A stretch of 64,000 bases of DNA from Chloroflexota bacterium (GCA_005889275.1 VBFI01000044.1:22509-86508); one strand, 5' to 3'; counted from the first letter of the stretch, positions 43,854-53,112 are shown. The notes: generated from the sequence alone by a model not told the origin. Made by a program: numbers and translations.

Positions 43854-44333
43854 ATGCCGCCGAACGCGCCGAAGACCGTCGCGGCTTCGAAGACCGTGAT
43901 GTCGAGGACGATGCTGCCCTCGGACGCGAACCCCTACGGCAACGTCCACGGCGGCGAGGTCATGAAGCTCATCGACGCCGTCGCCGGAGCGGCGGCCACG
44001 CGACACGCCCGCGCCCGCGTGGTGACGGCACGGATCGACGAGCTGTCTTTCCTTGCGCCCGTCTACGTCGGACACCTCGTCACCGCGAAGGCGTCGGTGA
44101 ACCACGTCGGGCGGACGAGCATGGAGGTCGGGGTCCGGGTCGAGGCGGAGGACATGCTCACGGGCGAAACGGCGCACGTCGCATCCGCGTACCTGGTCTT
44201 CGTCGCCACCGACGAGCATGGGCGACCGATCCCCCTCCCTCCGGTGACCGCCGAAACGGACGAGGAGCGCCGCCGCATGGCCGCGGCCGAAACCCGGCGC
44301 TCGCTCCGGCTCCACCGCCCGCGGACACCGTAG
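43854..44333 (+). CDS. hotdog-fold acyl-CoA thioesterase (YciA-like)
   Basis: MLPSDANPYGNVHGGEVMKLIDAVAGAAATRHA...ELSFLAPVYVGHLV. Confidence 0.8.
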   Translation: MPPNAPKTVAASKTVMSRTMLPSDANPYGNVHGGEVMKLIDAVAGAAATRHARARVVTARIDELSFLAPVYVGHLVTAKASVNHVGRTSMEVGVRVEAEDMLTGETAHVASAYLVFVATDEHGRPIPLPPVTAETDEERRRMAAAETRRSLRLHRPRTP

Positions 44334-44370
44334 GCGACGTAAACTCCGCCCGTTCCGCGGGAGGTGTGAG

Positions 44371-45381
44371 ATGAGAAACGCCGCACGGATCGTCGCCTCG
44401 TTCGTCGCCGTCGTGCTCGTGGCTGTCGCCTGCAACGCGCCGCGCGCAGGCTCGCCAGCGGCGACCGCGCAAGCGAGTGGCACGCCGAACTTCACGGGGA
44501 AAACGCTCAACATCGTCACCGGGGGCACCGGTGCGGTGTACATCGTGTACGGCGCGGGACTCGCCGAGCTCCTGAACAAGAAGCTCGGGACCGCCGCGAG
44601 CGCCCAATCGACGACCGCCTCCGTCGACAACATGAAGCTCATCCGGGACGGCAAAGCCGACGTCGCGTTCACCCTCGCGGACACCGCCTACGACGCGGTG
44701 AACGGCACCGGCTCGTTCGTGGCGCCCGAGAAGAAGGCCGACGCGAAAGTGCTGGCGGTCCTCTACTCGAACCTCACGCATCTCGTGGTGAAGGACGGCG
44801 GCGGAATCAACACCGTCACCGACCTCAAGAGCAAGCGCGTTTCGATGGGCTCGGCCGGCAGCGGCACCGAGGTCATCGCGAACCGGACGCTCGAGGCTTA
44901 CGGCATGGACCCGGCGAAAGACATCGCGCGCGAGCGTCTTGGCGCCCAGGATTCCGCGAACGCGCTCCGCGACGGGAAGATCGACGCCTTCTTCTTCTCC
45001 GGAGGTCTCCCGGTGCCCGCGGTCCTCGATCTCGCGACCGGCACGAAGATCAAGATGCTCGACCTCAGCGACAGCATCTCGAAGATGGCCACGAAGTACG
45101 GGAACTTCTACTTCCCGATCAAGATCCCGAAGACGACATACAACACGGCGTCCGACGTGACCGTGTCCGGCGTCGCGAACCTCCTCGTCGTCCCCTCCAA
45201 CTTCGATCCGGCCCTCGCGCAGGCCATCCTCGCGACGATGTTCGACAACAAGGCGGACCTCGTGAAGGTGCATGTCGCCGCGAACGACCTCACTCTCGAG
45301 ACCGCGACCGTCGGTTCGCCCATCGACTTCCACCAGGGAGCGATCGACTATTACAAGTCGAAGAACGCTTGGAAAAAGTAG
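44371..45381 (+). CDS. TAXI-family TRAP transporter solute-binding lipoprotein
   Basis: Lipobox LVAVAC. LNIVTGGTGAVYIVYGAGLAELLN...DVAFTLADTAYDA...VSMGSAGSGTEV matches Imp/TAXI. GGGAGG Shine-Dalgarno upstream. Confidence 0.85.
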   Translation: MRNAARIVASFVAVVLVAVACNAPRAGSPAATAQASGTPNFTGKTLNIVTGGTGAVYIVYGAGLAELLNKKLGTAASAQSTTASVDNMKLIRDGKADVAFTLADTAYDAVNGTGSFVAPEKKADAKVLAVLYSNLTHLVVKDGGGINTVTDLKSKRVSMGSAGSGTEVIANRTLEAYGMDPAKDIARERLGAQDSANALRDGKIDAFFFSGGLPVPAVLDLATGTKIKMLDLSDSISKMATKYGNFYFPIKIPKTTYNTASDVTVSGVANLLVVPSNFDPALAQAILATMFDNKADLVKVHVAANDLTLETATVGSPIDFHQGAIDYYKSKNAWKK

Positions 45382-45868
45382 GAGGGACGCCCTTGTCGCG
45401 CTCGTCGCGGGACTCCTGACGGCGACGGGTGCGGCGCTCGCCGTCCCTGTCCCGGTCCTCAGCATCAGCGACGGCGCGGCTGAATACGTCGCGCCCCTCG
45501 AGCCCGGCGAGCCGCTCCTGTACTCATATCGCCAGTCGATCTACCAGGTGACCGTGTACGAGGACCTCGCGCGCGTCGGCGACGGCATCGGCATCGAGCG
45601 GGCGCGCTCGAGCGATATCCGTTCGATCGAGTACTTCGGCTGGCGGGGCGAGCCCGTCCGCCAGGCGGACGGCCTGTGGGCGGAAAACGCGCCCGCGAGC
45701 GTGGCCGTCGATCCCGAGCTCGTGATCCGTATCACGCCCGCCGGCGAGCAGCGCCTCGCCACCGCGCGCTGGGACCTCGTGCTGAAGCCGCGTTTCGGTG
45801 AGACCGTGGTCCACGTTCGCGCCCAGGACCGCCCGTGGCTCCTCGCGGTCCTCGAGGGCAGGCGATGA
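45272..45868 (+). CDS. DUF1850 membrane protein (TAXI-TRAP accessory)
   Basis: RRDALVALVAGLLTATGAALAVPVPVLSISDGAAEYVAPLEPGEPLLYSYRQSIYQV matches DUF1850. Listed from the tracked ATG 45272, which overlaps the SBP gene by about 110 nt. The conserved part begins at about 45380 without a canonical start. The stop overlaps the permease start (ATGA). Confidence 0.55.
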   Translation: MSPRTTSLSRPRPSVRPSTSTRERSTITSRRTLGKSRRDALVALVAGLLTATGAALAVPVPVLSISDGAAEYVAPLEPGEPLLYSYRQSIYQVTVYEDLARVGDGIGIERARSSDIRSIEYFGWRGEPVRQADGLWAENAPASVAVDPELVIRITPAGEQRLATARWDLVLKPRFGETVVHVRAQDRPWLLAVLEGRR

Positions 45869-47895
45869 GCGGGCCCGAGATCATCGCGCGGCCCGACCTC
45901 GACGCGGTCCTCGCCGAAGACAAGACCAAGGAGCTCATCGAGGAGTTCGAGGCCGAGGCGAAGACCCGGACGTTCACCGGGGCCTGGGACGCGTTCGTCA
46001 CGTCTCTCGCGGTCGGGACGACGCTCTTCGCGCTCTATTTCGCGGCAGCGGGGGCCGAGATCCCCTTCGTCGGCATCCAGCTCGTCCCGTCGTTCGTCCT
46101 CTTCGGGCAGACGATCACGACGCCGCAGATCTACGTGATGATCTTCCTCAGCGCGATCCTGGTGCTCACGTTCCTGCTGTACCCGATGCACCCGCGATTC
46201 ATCAAGCGGGTGAACGTCGTCGACCTCGCGCTCGTCGTGGCCTCGATCGCGATCACCGCCTACGTCTTCCTCAACTTCGAGTCGGTCATCTACCGGGTGA
46301 ACAGCCCGAACGAGTGGGACTTCACCTTCGGGGTCATCGCCATCCTTACGGTGCTCGAGGCGGGGCGGCGGACGATCGGCTGGCACCTCCCCGCGATCGG
46401 CATCGCGGCCATCGCGTACGCGTACTTCGCCGACTTCATGCCCGGGCCGTTCCGGGGCCCGCCGAAGAACCTCGACGACATCGTCTCGAACCAGTACCTC
46501 GGGCTCGACGGGATGCTCGGGACGCCGCTGCAGGTCGCGGCGACCTTCATCATCCTGTTCACGATCTACGGCGCGATCCTCGATTACACCGGCGCCGGAA
46601 AGTTCTACGTCGACCTCGCGTTCGCGCTGACCGGCCGCCGCCCGACCGGCGCCGCGCGGACGGTGACGGTCGCTTCCTTCCTCCTCGGCACGGTCTCGGG
46701 TTCGGGCGTCGCGACGACCGTCACGCTCGGGTCGATCACGTACCCGATGCTGAAGAAGGCCGGGCACGATCGCGAGTCGAGCGGGGCGATCCTCTCGGCC
46801 GGCGGCATCGGCGCGGTGATCTCGCCGCCGGTGCTCGGTCCGGCGGCGTTCCTCATGGCCGGCATCCTCGGGATCAGCTACCTGCAGGTCGTGATCATGG
46901 CGATGATGCCGACGATCCTCTACTACCTCGGCATCCTCCTCACGATCGAGGTCGACGCGCGCCGCCTTGGCGCGCGGGAGATCGCCCTCGACGCGCCTGG
47001 CTTCTGGTGGCTTACGAAGCGTTACTGGTACCAGTACACGTCGCTCTTCGCGATCATCGTCTTCCTCGTCGCCGGGTTCTCGACGATCACGGCCGTCTTC
47101 TGGTCGATCGTGGTCGCGATCCTCGTGTCGTACATCCGGCGCGAGACCTCGCTGGGGCCGCGCAAGCTCGTGAACGCGCTCGCCGCGGGGACGAAGCAGG
47201 TGCTGCCGGTCGGCGCGACGACCGCGGTGGCGGGCATCGCGGTCGGCATCCTCCTCCAGACTGGGCTCGGGCTGAAGATCTCGAGCCTCATCCTGGCACT
47301 CGGTTTCGGCAACCTCATCGCGACGCTCGTCGTCTCGGGGATCGTGCTCTGGGTACTCGGCCTGTCACTCCCGATTACCGCGACGTATCTCGTCGCGGTC
47401 CCCACGGTCGTGCCCGCGCTCGCGACCCTCGGCGTTCCGCTGCCGGCCGCGCACATGTTCGTCTTCTATTACGCCGTGCTCTCGGAGGTCTCGCCGCCGG
47501 TCGCGCTCTCGCCGTTCGCCGCCGCCGCGATCACCGGCGGGAATCCGTACAAGACCATGATGCTCACGTGGAAGTACGCGCTTCCGTGCTTCCTCGTCCC
47601 GTTCATGTTCACGCAGCCTGAGGGACTCGCGATCCTGTGGACCGGAGTGAGCATCCCCGAGGCCGCGCTCGCGTCCGTCTCGGCGGCCGTCGGGATCATC
47701 GCGCTCGTCGCGGGCGTCGGCGGCTATCTGCTTCGGCCGACCAATCTCGTGGAGCGCATTTTTCTCGTCGTCGGCGGCGTGCTGCTCGTCGCGCCGGGGC
47801 TCGTCGCGGATGTCACCGGGCTCTCGCTCTTTGGACTCGCGGCGGCGTCGCAGCTCGTGCGACGCGCCCGCGCGACGGCGGTGTCCGCGGCCTGA
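45865..47895 (+). CDS. TRAP transporter fused DctQ/DctM-type permease (TAXI system)
   Basis: 676 aa and more than 18 TM helices. ATG 45865 with GAGGG upstream. Confidence 0.85.
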   Translation: MSGPEIIARPDLDAVLAEDKTKELIEEFEAEAKTRTFTGAWDAFVTSLAVGTTLFALYFAAAGAEIPFVGIQLVPSFVLFGQTITTPQIYVMIFLSAILVLTFLLYPMHPRFIKRVNVVDLALVVASIAITAYVFLNFESVIYRVNSPNEWDFTFGVIAILTVLEAGRRTIGWHLPAIGIAAIAYAYFADFMPGPFRGPPKNLDDIVSNQYLGLDGMLGTPLQVAATFIILFTIYGAILDYTGAGKFYVDLAFALTGRRPTGAARTVTVASFLLGTVSGSGVATTVTLGSITYPMLKKAGHDRESSGAILSAGGIGAVISPPVLGPAAFLMAGILGISYLQVVIMAMMPTILYYLGILLTIEVDARRLGAREIALDAPGFWWLTKRYWYQYTSLFAIIVFLVAGFSTITAVFWSIVVAILVSYIRRETSLGPRKLVNALAAGTKQVLPVGATTAVAGIAVGILLQTGLGLKISSLILALGFGNLIATLVVSGIVLWVLGLSLPITATYLVAVPTVVPALATLGVPLPAAHMFVFYYAVLSEVSPPVALSPFAAAAITGGNPYKTMMLTWKYALPCFLVPFMFTQPEGLAILWTGVSIPEAALASVSAAVGIIALVAGVGGYLLRPTNLVERIFLVVGGVLLVAPGLVADVTGLSLFGLAAASQLVRRARATAVSAA

Positions 47896-47898
47896 CGC

Positions 47899-47915
47899 GA
47901 AGGTACCGAACCTTC
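47899..47915 (+). terminator. short hairpin GAAGGT-accga-ACCTTC immediately after the TRAP permease stop
   Basis: A 6-bp stem 4 nt downstream of TGA 47893-47895. No U-tract. Confidence 0.2.
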
Positions 47916-48106
47916 CGGACCGAGCACGAAATCTGCACTGCTCGAGCGAAGTGGATCAGCCTGCTCGTCGGGAAGCGAGCGACCGCGTGCGCGAGAGCGT
48001 CCTCGACGCGCTTCGCCGGGTCGGCCCGCCGGATACGGGATCCGAGCAGCCGCCGCGCGCGCCACGCGGCGCCGCCGAAGAGAGCACCCCGAGCACGTAG
48101 TCTCCG

Positions 48107-48610
48107 ATGGCCCGCGTCGGCTCACGCCGGCCGCCTGAAGATGGCGATGCGGAGGCTGAGCCCCTCTCCCAGAGCGTCACTCATGTGATCGAAGAGGCGC
48201 GGATGCTCATCCCCGGCGTGACGGCGTTCCTCGGCTTTCAGACCATCGCGGTGTTCAACCAGGGATTCTTGCGGCTCGCTCACAACGAGCAGGTGGCTCA
48301 TCTCGTCGCGATGTTCCTGACGCTCGCCTCACTGGTGCTGTTGCTCACACCGGCGGCCTATCACCGGCAGATGGAGTCGGGTTGGGCGTCCGAAGGGTTC
48401 GTCACGCTCTCGTCGCGTCTCATCACCGCCGCGACGCCGGCATTCGCGCTCGGGATCACGATCGACTTCTATCTCTTGGTGCGCATGGTCACCGAGAATC
48501 CCTACGTCGCGGCCGCCGTCGCGCTGATCACGCTCGCGATGACCGCCTTCCTCTGGTACGGCATCGCGCGGATCAAGCCGCTCGCGAAGCTTCTTCGGCG
48601 GCCCGGCTAG
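48107..48610 (+). CDS. hypothetical membrane protein (DUF6328-like)
   Basis: EEARMLIPGVTAFLGFQTIAVFNQ followed by 3-4 TM helices. ATG 48107. Confidence 0.5.
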   Translation: MARVGSRRPPEDGDAEAEPLSQSVTHVIEEARMLIPGVTAFLGFQTIAVFNQGFLRLAHNEQVAHLVAMFLTLASLVLLLTPAAYHRQMESGWASEGFVTLSSRLITAATPAFALGITIDFYLLVRMVTENPYVAAAVALITLAMTAFLWYGIARIKPLAKLLRRPG

Positions 48611-48626
48611 CGTCGACCGAGCGGGC

Positions 48627-48800
48627 TCAGCTGCGCTTGCGGGACCCCTTCGTCTCGCCCTTCTTGCGACGGGTCTTGTTCGTGGTCGCGGCCGCGATCC
48701 GCGCCGCCACCTTCGGCGAACGGCCTCGCGCGCTCTCGCTTCTCTTGATGTGCTCGTACTGGCGCTTACGCTTCGCGCTCTTCACGCCTCTTGGGGGCAT
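48627..48800 (-). CDS. small highly basic protein (57 aa)
   Basis: ATG 48800 preceded by GGAGGTG and a 5-nt spacer. Translation MPPRGVKSAKRKRQYEHIKRSESARGRSPKVAARIAAATTNKTRRKKGETKGSRKRS. Confidence 0.55.
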   Translation of the reverse strand: MPPRGVKSAKRKRQYEHIKRSESARGRSPKVAARIAAATTNKTRRKKGETKGSRKRS

Positions 48801-48890
48801 CGGGTCACCTCCGGTATCTCTTCGGTCGAATACCGGCAAAATCCGGACCACCTCGCGCCCGGACGCGAGTCCGGTGGCTACGCTCGCCTC

Positions 48891-50123
48891 GTGCGAACGG
48901 CGTGGCTGATCCTTGTGCTCGCGGTCGCGGCCTGCGCGGCCCCGGCCACCCAGGTCGCGACGGCGTCACCGACCGCATTTCCGTCCGACCTCGGGGCCAC
49001 CGCCTCCCCGAGCTCCTCGCCCACACCCGAGCCGTCGGCCAGCGCGACTCCGCCCGCGCGCACGATCGATGTTGTCGACGGCATCGAGTTCGCGATGATC
49101 ACCGGCCCCGCGGATCTGCGGCTCGAGACGGCGATCAGTCGAGCTGATGAGGCGGTGATCGCGAGCTCGGTGGCCGCCGACGTCGAGGCGGTGCAGCGGG
49201 ACTTCGCCCGTTCCTTCACCGCCCGTCCCCTCGTGTACGTGTTCGCGACGAGCGAGGGGTACGCGAGAGGCCTCGCGCGCGTCTTCGGCTACTCGACGGC
49301 CACGGCCGCCTTCGTCGCCGACAACTCGGTGTCCTTCTTCGAGCCATCGCTTCTCGCGATAGCGGTGAACTGGCAGGCGATCGGCGATCGGCGTCCGGTC
49401 GCGGCGATCCGCCACGAGCTCACCCACCGGCTGACTCTCGACGCGTGCGCGCCGCGCTGCGATCTCGTCCCCGCGTGGTTCAACGAGGGCGAGGCCCGCC
49501 TCGCCGAAGCGCTCGTCCCGGGAAGCGACTGGCGCATGGTCCGCGTGCGCTACGAGGCGGCCTCGATGGCGGCGACGAACACGCTCATTCCGCTGAACAC
49601 GCTCGTGTCGCAGCTCACGTGGAACTCGCTGACCGACTGGGCGGGCTACTACAAATATCAGGAGGCGGCGCGCGCGACGGAGCTCCTGCGCGAGGACGTC
49701 GGGGGCGATGCGCCGATCGCGCGTATCTACGAGCGAATCCGCCGCGGCGAGAACCTCGCCCAGGCGTACGCCGCGCTCGCGGGGCGCCCGTTCGACGAGT
49801 TCGTGGCCGGCCTCGGAGAGCGGATGCGCGCCGCCGTGCCACCGGCGCCGGGCATGATCACCCTGCCGCTCGCACCGGAAGGGTCCGGGTCGAGCTATCT
49901 CCTGTACGGGTTCGCGCCGACGACGACGGTCACGCTCACGATCAGCGGACCACGTGGCTCCGAAACCTCGCCGGTGACGATCTCCCCGTTCGGCGCGGTC
50001 TTCGATGGCCTTCCGGCCACGCGATCACCGGGCGGCTACACGCTCTCGATCCAGCATCCGGGTGGCGTGATCACCGCGAAGGTGCGCAAAGCGGGTCGCG
50101 GGGCTCCCGGCGACACGCGGTAG
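48891..50123 (+). CDS. secreted HExxH zinc-metalloprotease-like lipoprotein
   Basis: GTG 48891 gives MRTAWLILVLAVAAC (lipobox). IRHELTHRL is an HExxH motif and NEGEARLAE supplies a downstream Glu. A beta-sandwich C-domain follows. The tracked start at 48750 overlaps the opposite-strand small gene. Confidence 0.55.
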   Translation: MRTAWLILVLAVAACAAPATQVATASPTAFPSDLGATASPSSSPTPEPSASATPPARTIDVVDGIEFAMITGPADLRLETAISRADEAVIASSVAADVEAVQRDFARSFTARPLVYVFATSEGYARGLARVFGYSTATAAFVADNSVSFFEPSLLAIAVNWQAIGDRRPVAAIRHELTHRLTLDACAPRCDLVPAWFNEGEARLAEALVPGSDWRMVRVRYEAASMAATNTLIPLNTLVSQLTWNSLTDWAGYYKYQEAARATELLREDVGGDAPIARIYERIRRGENLAQAYAALAGRPFDEFVAGLGERMRAAVPPAPGMITLPLAPEGSGSSYLLYGFAPTTTVTLTISGPRGSETSPVTISPFGAVFDGLPATRSPGGYTLSIQHPGGVITAKVRKAGRGAPGDTR

Positions 50124-50125
50124 GC

Positions 50126-50323
50126 CTACATGCGCGGCTTGGCGGATTCTCCGGTCGCGAGCCACCGTTCGACTTTGGGGATGTAGCGCTTTGGATCACG
50201 TGCGAACGTCCCGAGACATCCGGCGCCGCAGAATGCGTACTCGCGCTCTGGCCGCTCGAGGGTGAGGCCCTTTTCGCGCTGCTCGGCGACGTCCACGATC
50301 ATGTCGCAGACCGGGTCGAGCAT
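50126..50323 (-). CDS. YHS-domain protein
   Basis: MLDPVCDMIVDVAEQREKGLTLERPEREYAFCGAGCLGTFARDPKRY matches DPVCGM...C..C (YHS). An alternative upstream GTG is also in frame. Confidence 0.6.
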   Translation of the reverse strand: MLDPVCDMIVDVAEQREKGLTLERPEREYAFCGAGCLGTFARDPKRYIPKVERWLATGESAKPRM

Positions 50324-50379
50324 CTTTCCATGAGTGTTCACTCCCCAAGCGTAGACGTCCCCCGACCGGGGTAGCCAAA

Positions 50380-50691
50380 ATGACCCACCCTCGTACGGGG
50401 TTCCCGCGAGCCCGCTGCCGGCGCAGAGTGCGCGACGTGGAGCAGGTGGCTGGCGGGCCATGGGACCGAGCAGGCGTCGACCGCGAGACCTGGTACGCGG
50501 CGCGGCTGATGGCTGCCGCGATCCGGGAGACCGTCCGGCTCGCCCTCAAGCCCACCGAGCGCGACGAAGCGTTGCCTGCTGACCACGAACGCCTTGGTGA
50601 GTACGCCGACGGCCTCGTCATGGCCGTAGAAGATGGCGACCCCGAGACCGTGGCGATGCTCGTGCGTCGCGCCAAGGGGTCGGTGAGCTAG
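50380..50691 (+). CDS. hypothetical small protein
   Basis: The Arg-poor C-terminal 70 aa (AARLMAAAIRETVRLALKPTERDEALPADHERLGEYADGLVMAVEDGDPETVAMLVRRAKGSVS) look like real protein. The start is uncertain. Confidence 0.25.
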   Translation: MTHPRTGFPRARCRRRVRDVEQVAGGPWDRAGVDRETWYAARLMAAAIRETVRLALKPTERDEALPADHERLGEYADGLVMAVEDGDPETVAMLVRRAKGSVS

Positions 50692-52025
50692 GGGCCCCCG
50701 CGTCCGCGGTACGGGTTCGTACCGCGTGTCGTGCTCTGAGCCTGCGTCCGCGTCACCGTGAAGCCGTTCCCATCGCTCGAGAGGCTCGAAGGCTGCGCAA
50801 GCACCTCGCCCCGGCCATTGATCATGGACACCGGCTTCGCCCCGAGCTGCGCGAGGTTCATCGTCTTGCCGTCGCGGACCGCGCTCGCCTTCGAGACCGC
50901 CAGGGTCCCGAAATTGTCGAGCGGCACGATCCCGCGACCCGCGCTCGGCGCCTCCTGTACCCACTCGGCCGAGGAGAGCGACGACGCGTACTGCACGGTC
51001 TGGTCGTAGGTCTCGCCGGTCGTGTTGTTCTTCAGCGCGATCGCCCAGTCGTTGCCCGATTTCGCGGTGATCGAGACGGTGACCGAGTCACCGGCGCTTA
51101 CCGACAACGCGACCGTGCGCGACGTCTGCGGGAGCATTTCGATCCAGGCCTCGTAACGCACGCCGCCATTCGTGGTGACCGTCGCCTGCGTGCCGGCCTG
51201 GATGAGGTCGCGGCTGCTCACCCCGCCGATGCCGACCCAGGTCGCGTCCGCGCCCGCCGACGCAGATGAGACTTGCGGGACGGTCCAGGTGCCGGTGACC
51301 GACGTGAACGTGCCCCCCGACGCCGCGTACCCCGACCAGTTGCTCGAGCTGCTCGACGAGGACGCCGGATTGCCGGGGACGACGCCGGGCGTGCCGGTCC
51401 CGGTCGACGGGCTGATGGTCTGCGCGTCCGGCTGCACGTCGCTCTGGATCTTCCAGATCCCGTTCTGCTGTACCAGCGTGTAGTTGTTCCGGTCGGTCCG
51501 CTCGTCGACCGATCCGTCGTCGTAGGTCGAGCGCCAGGTCTCGAAGGTCGTCGCCTGTGCGGTGGCGCCGCTTACGGTCACGGCACCGAAGTCGAGCTTG
51601 GTCAGCTCTATCGCGGTGACGCCGCTGGTCGCGAGATCGCTGTCGATCTGCAAGAGCTCCTGGTAGTACGAATCGGTCGCGGTCGCCCGCATGAGGGAGA
51701 CGTCGTGCTGGGCGAACGCCTTCGCCTGCGCGTCGTTGGCCTGCTGGATGACGTCCTTGACCGCGGCGACCGCCGCCGGGTCGTTCGCGCTCGCGCTGGA
51801 CGCCACGCCGCTCGGGGCTCGAGCCACCGCGTCGCGCACACCCGAAACGACGCTCGGGAGCTGGAGCCGGCCGGTGAACGTCGCGAGAAGGAAGGCGATG
51901 AGCCCGACGCTCAGGAGCCGCCAGACGTTCACCCCGGAGGCCGGTTGCTTCGGGGGCGGTGGCGGCGCGACCGGGGCGGTCGGAACGGTCGACTCGTTCG
52001 TCGCGTTTCCTTCGAGCATGTCCAT
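50688..52025 (-). CDS. membrane-anchored peptidase G1 (eqolisin/scytalidoglutamic peptidase) family protein with an NTF2-like middle domain
   Basis: The C-terminal 200 aa align to scytalidopepsin B: SNWSGYA, TWVGIGG, LIQAGT (catalytic Gln), YEAWIEMLP (catalytic Glu), GDSVTVSITA. There is an N-terminal TM helix. ATG at about 52025. Confidence 0.7.
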   Translation of the reverse strand: MDMLEGNATNESTVPTAPVAPPPPPKQPASGVNVWRLLSVGLIAFLLATFTGRLQLPSVVSGVRDAVARAPSGVASSASANDPAAVAAVKDVIQQANDAQAKAFAQHDVSLMRATATDSYYQELLQIDSDLATSGVTAIELTKLDFGAVTVSGATAQATTFETWRSTYDDGSVDERTDRNNYTLVQQNGIWKIQSDVQPDAQTISPSTGTGTPGVVPGNPASSSSSSSNWSGYAASGGTFTSVTGTWTVPQVSSASAGADATWVGIGGVSSRDLIQAGTQATVTTNGGVRYEAWIEMLPQTSRTVALSVSAGDSVTVSITAKSGNDWAIALKNNTTGETYDQTVQYASSLSSAEWVQEAPSAGRGIVPLDNFGTLAVSKASAVRDGKTMNLAQLGAKPVSMINGRGEVLAQPSSLSSDGNGFTVTRTQAQSTTRGTNPYRGRGGP

Positions 52026-52040
52026 AGCCTGCGGCCTAGC

Positions 52041-52128
52041 GGTCAACGCACGATGAAAGCCACCTATGCCGAAGGTAAGAAAACGGCTCATTCGACCGAA
52101 CGGCTACCGGTCAACGGTACGAAAAAGA
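52041..52128. repeat. imperfect about 20-nt direct repeat (CGGTCAACGcacGAtgAAAG / CGGTCAACGgtaCGAaaAAAG) in an AT-richer intergenic region
   Basis: The copies are at 52041-52060 and 52109-52128, between the G1 peptidase start and the phosphoesterase stop. Confidence 0.4.
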
Positions 52129-52150
52129 GGGTGTTCTGGCGGGTCGGTGG

Positions 52151-53077
52151 CTAGGGGGCTTGCGGGGCTAGCAATTCGGTGAGCGACCGCGCCGTCGTGG
52201 CCGCGCCGAGCCGCGGGATGTGGAAAAGATCCTCGATCGTCGCGAGGAGGGAATAGTGGTCGTAGGCCACCTCACTCTGGCGTGGCGTCAGCCCGGGGGC
52301 GGCGGCGATGAGCGGCACGACGTTCGGCCCGCCGCCGCTGCCCTCGTCCCAGACCACGAACAGAACGCTACCCGCGCGCCACCCCGGCGAGGCGACGATC
52401 CGGCCGACCATCCCATCGAGCCATGGACCCGCGACCGAGAGCGCGCAGTCGTGCCCGTCATGGCAGAGATCAGGTGTGATCCAGACGAAGCTCGGCGTGG
52501 TGCCGGCGAGATCGCTCTCGAGGGCATCGAGCGCAACGACGTTCTCTGGACAGCCGCCGCCGTAGTACGCGAACGGGTTGTGCTTGACGGCGTAGGGATA
52601 CGGGCTCCGGAGGCAACCCGCTTGCGTCATACCTTCCATGTACGCGCGCCAGGTCACGCCCGCCGCGGTCAGCTGCGCGCCGAGGCCACCGGCCGGGAGG
52701 ACGTGGTAGGCGTCGTCGGTGATGCCCCAGGTGCTTCCGGACGTGAGCGCGAGATAGTTCGGCAGGCTCGGACTCGCGACCGCGTGGTAGTTCGTCGCGA
52801 GGGCGGCCGTTGCCGTGAGCGCCTTGATCGAGGGGGCCGTGAGCGCACGCGCGAGGGACGAGTTCTCCATGACGATGACGAACACGTGCGCCGCCTGCGA
52901 CGTGGTCGGTGGCACGAGCTTGACCGGGGTTTGGTCCGGCGTCGCGCTCGGCGTTTGCGCCGGCGCCGCGTTCGGCGTGCTCGAAGCGCCCCCGCTCGGG
53001 GTTGGCGATGACGCGACCGGCGCTCCGCACCCCAGGAGCAGGAGCGCGACGATCGTGATGAGCCCAATGCGCGGCAT
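52151..53077 (-). CDS. phosphoesterase-family (AcpA/phospholipase C-like, PF04185) lipoprotein
   Basis: Lipobox LLLLGC. VFVIVMENSSLARAL...ASPSLPNYLAL...DLCHDGHD matches the Phosphoesterase family. Confidence 0.7.
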   Translation of the reverse strand: MPRIGLITIVALLLLGCGAPVASSPTPSGGASSTPNAAPAQTPSATPDQTPVKLVPPTTSQAAHVFVIVMENSSLARALTAPSIKALTATAALATNYHAVASPSLPNYLALTSGSTWGITDDAYHVLPAGGLGAQLTAAGVTWRAYMEGMTQAGCLRSPYPYAVKHNPFAYYGGGCPENVVALDALESDLAGTTPSFVWITPDLCHDGHDCALSVAGPWLDGMVGRIVASPGWRAGSVLFVVWDEGSGGGPNVVPLIAAAPGLTPRQSEVAYDHYSLLATIEDLFHIPRLGAATTARSLTELLAPQAP

Positions 53078-53112
53078 GGAAACATTCTGACGCCGGCCAC
53101 TAGCATCAGCTC

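Noticed and set aside
47810-48100. 96-aa ORF in the 210-bp gap after the TRAP permease
   Set aside because: Ser/Arg/Pro-rich with no Shine-Dalgarno. It is more likely non-coding spacer. Only the short hairpin after the stop was retained as a weak terminator candidate.
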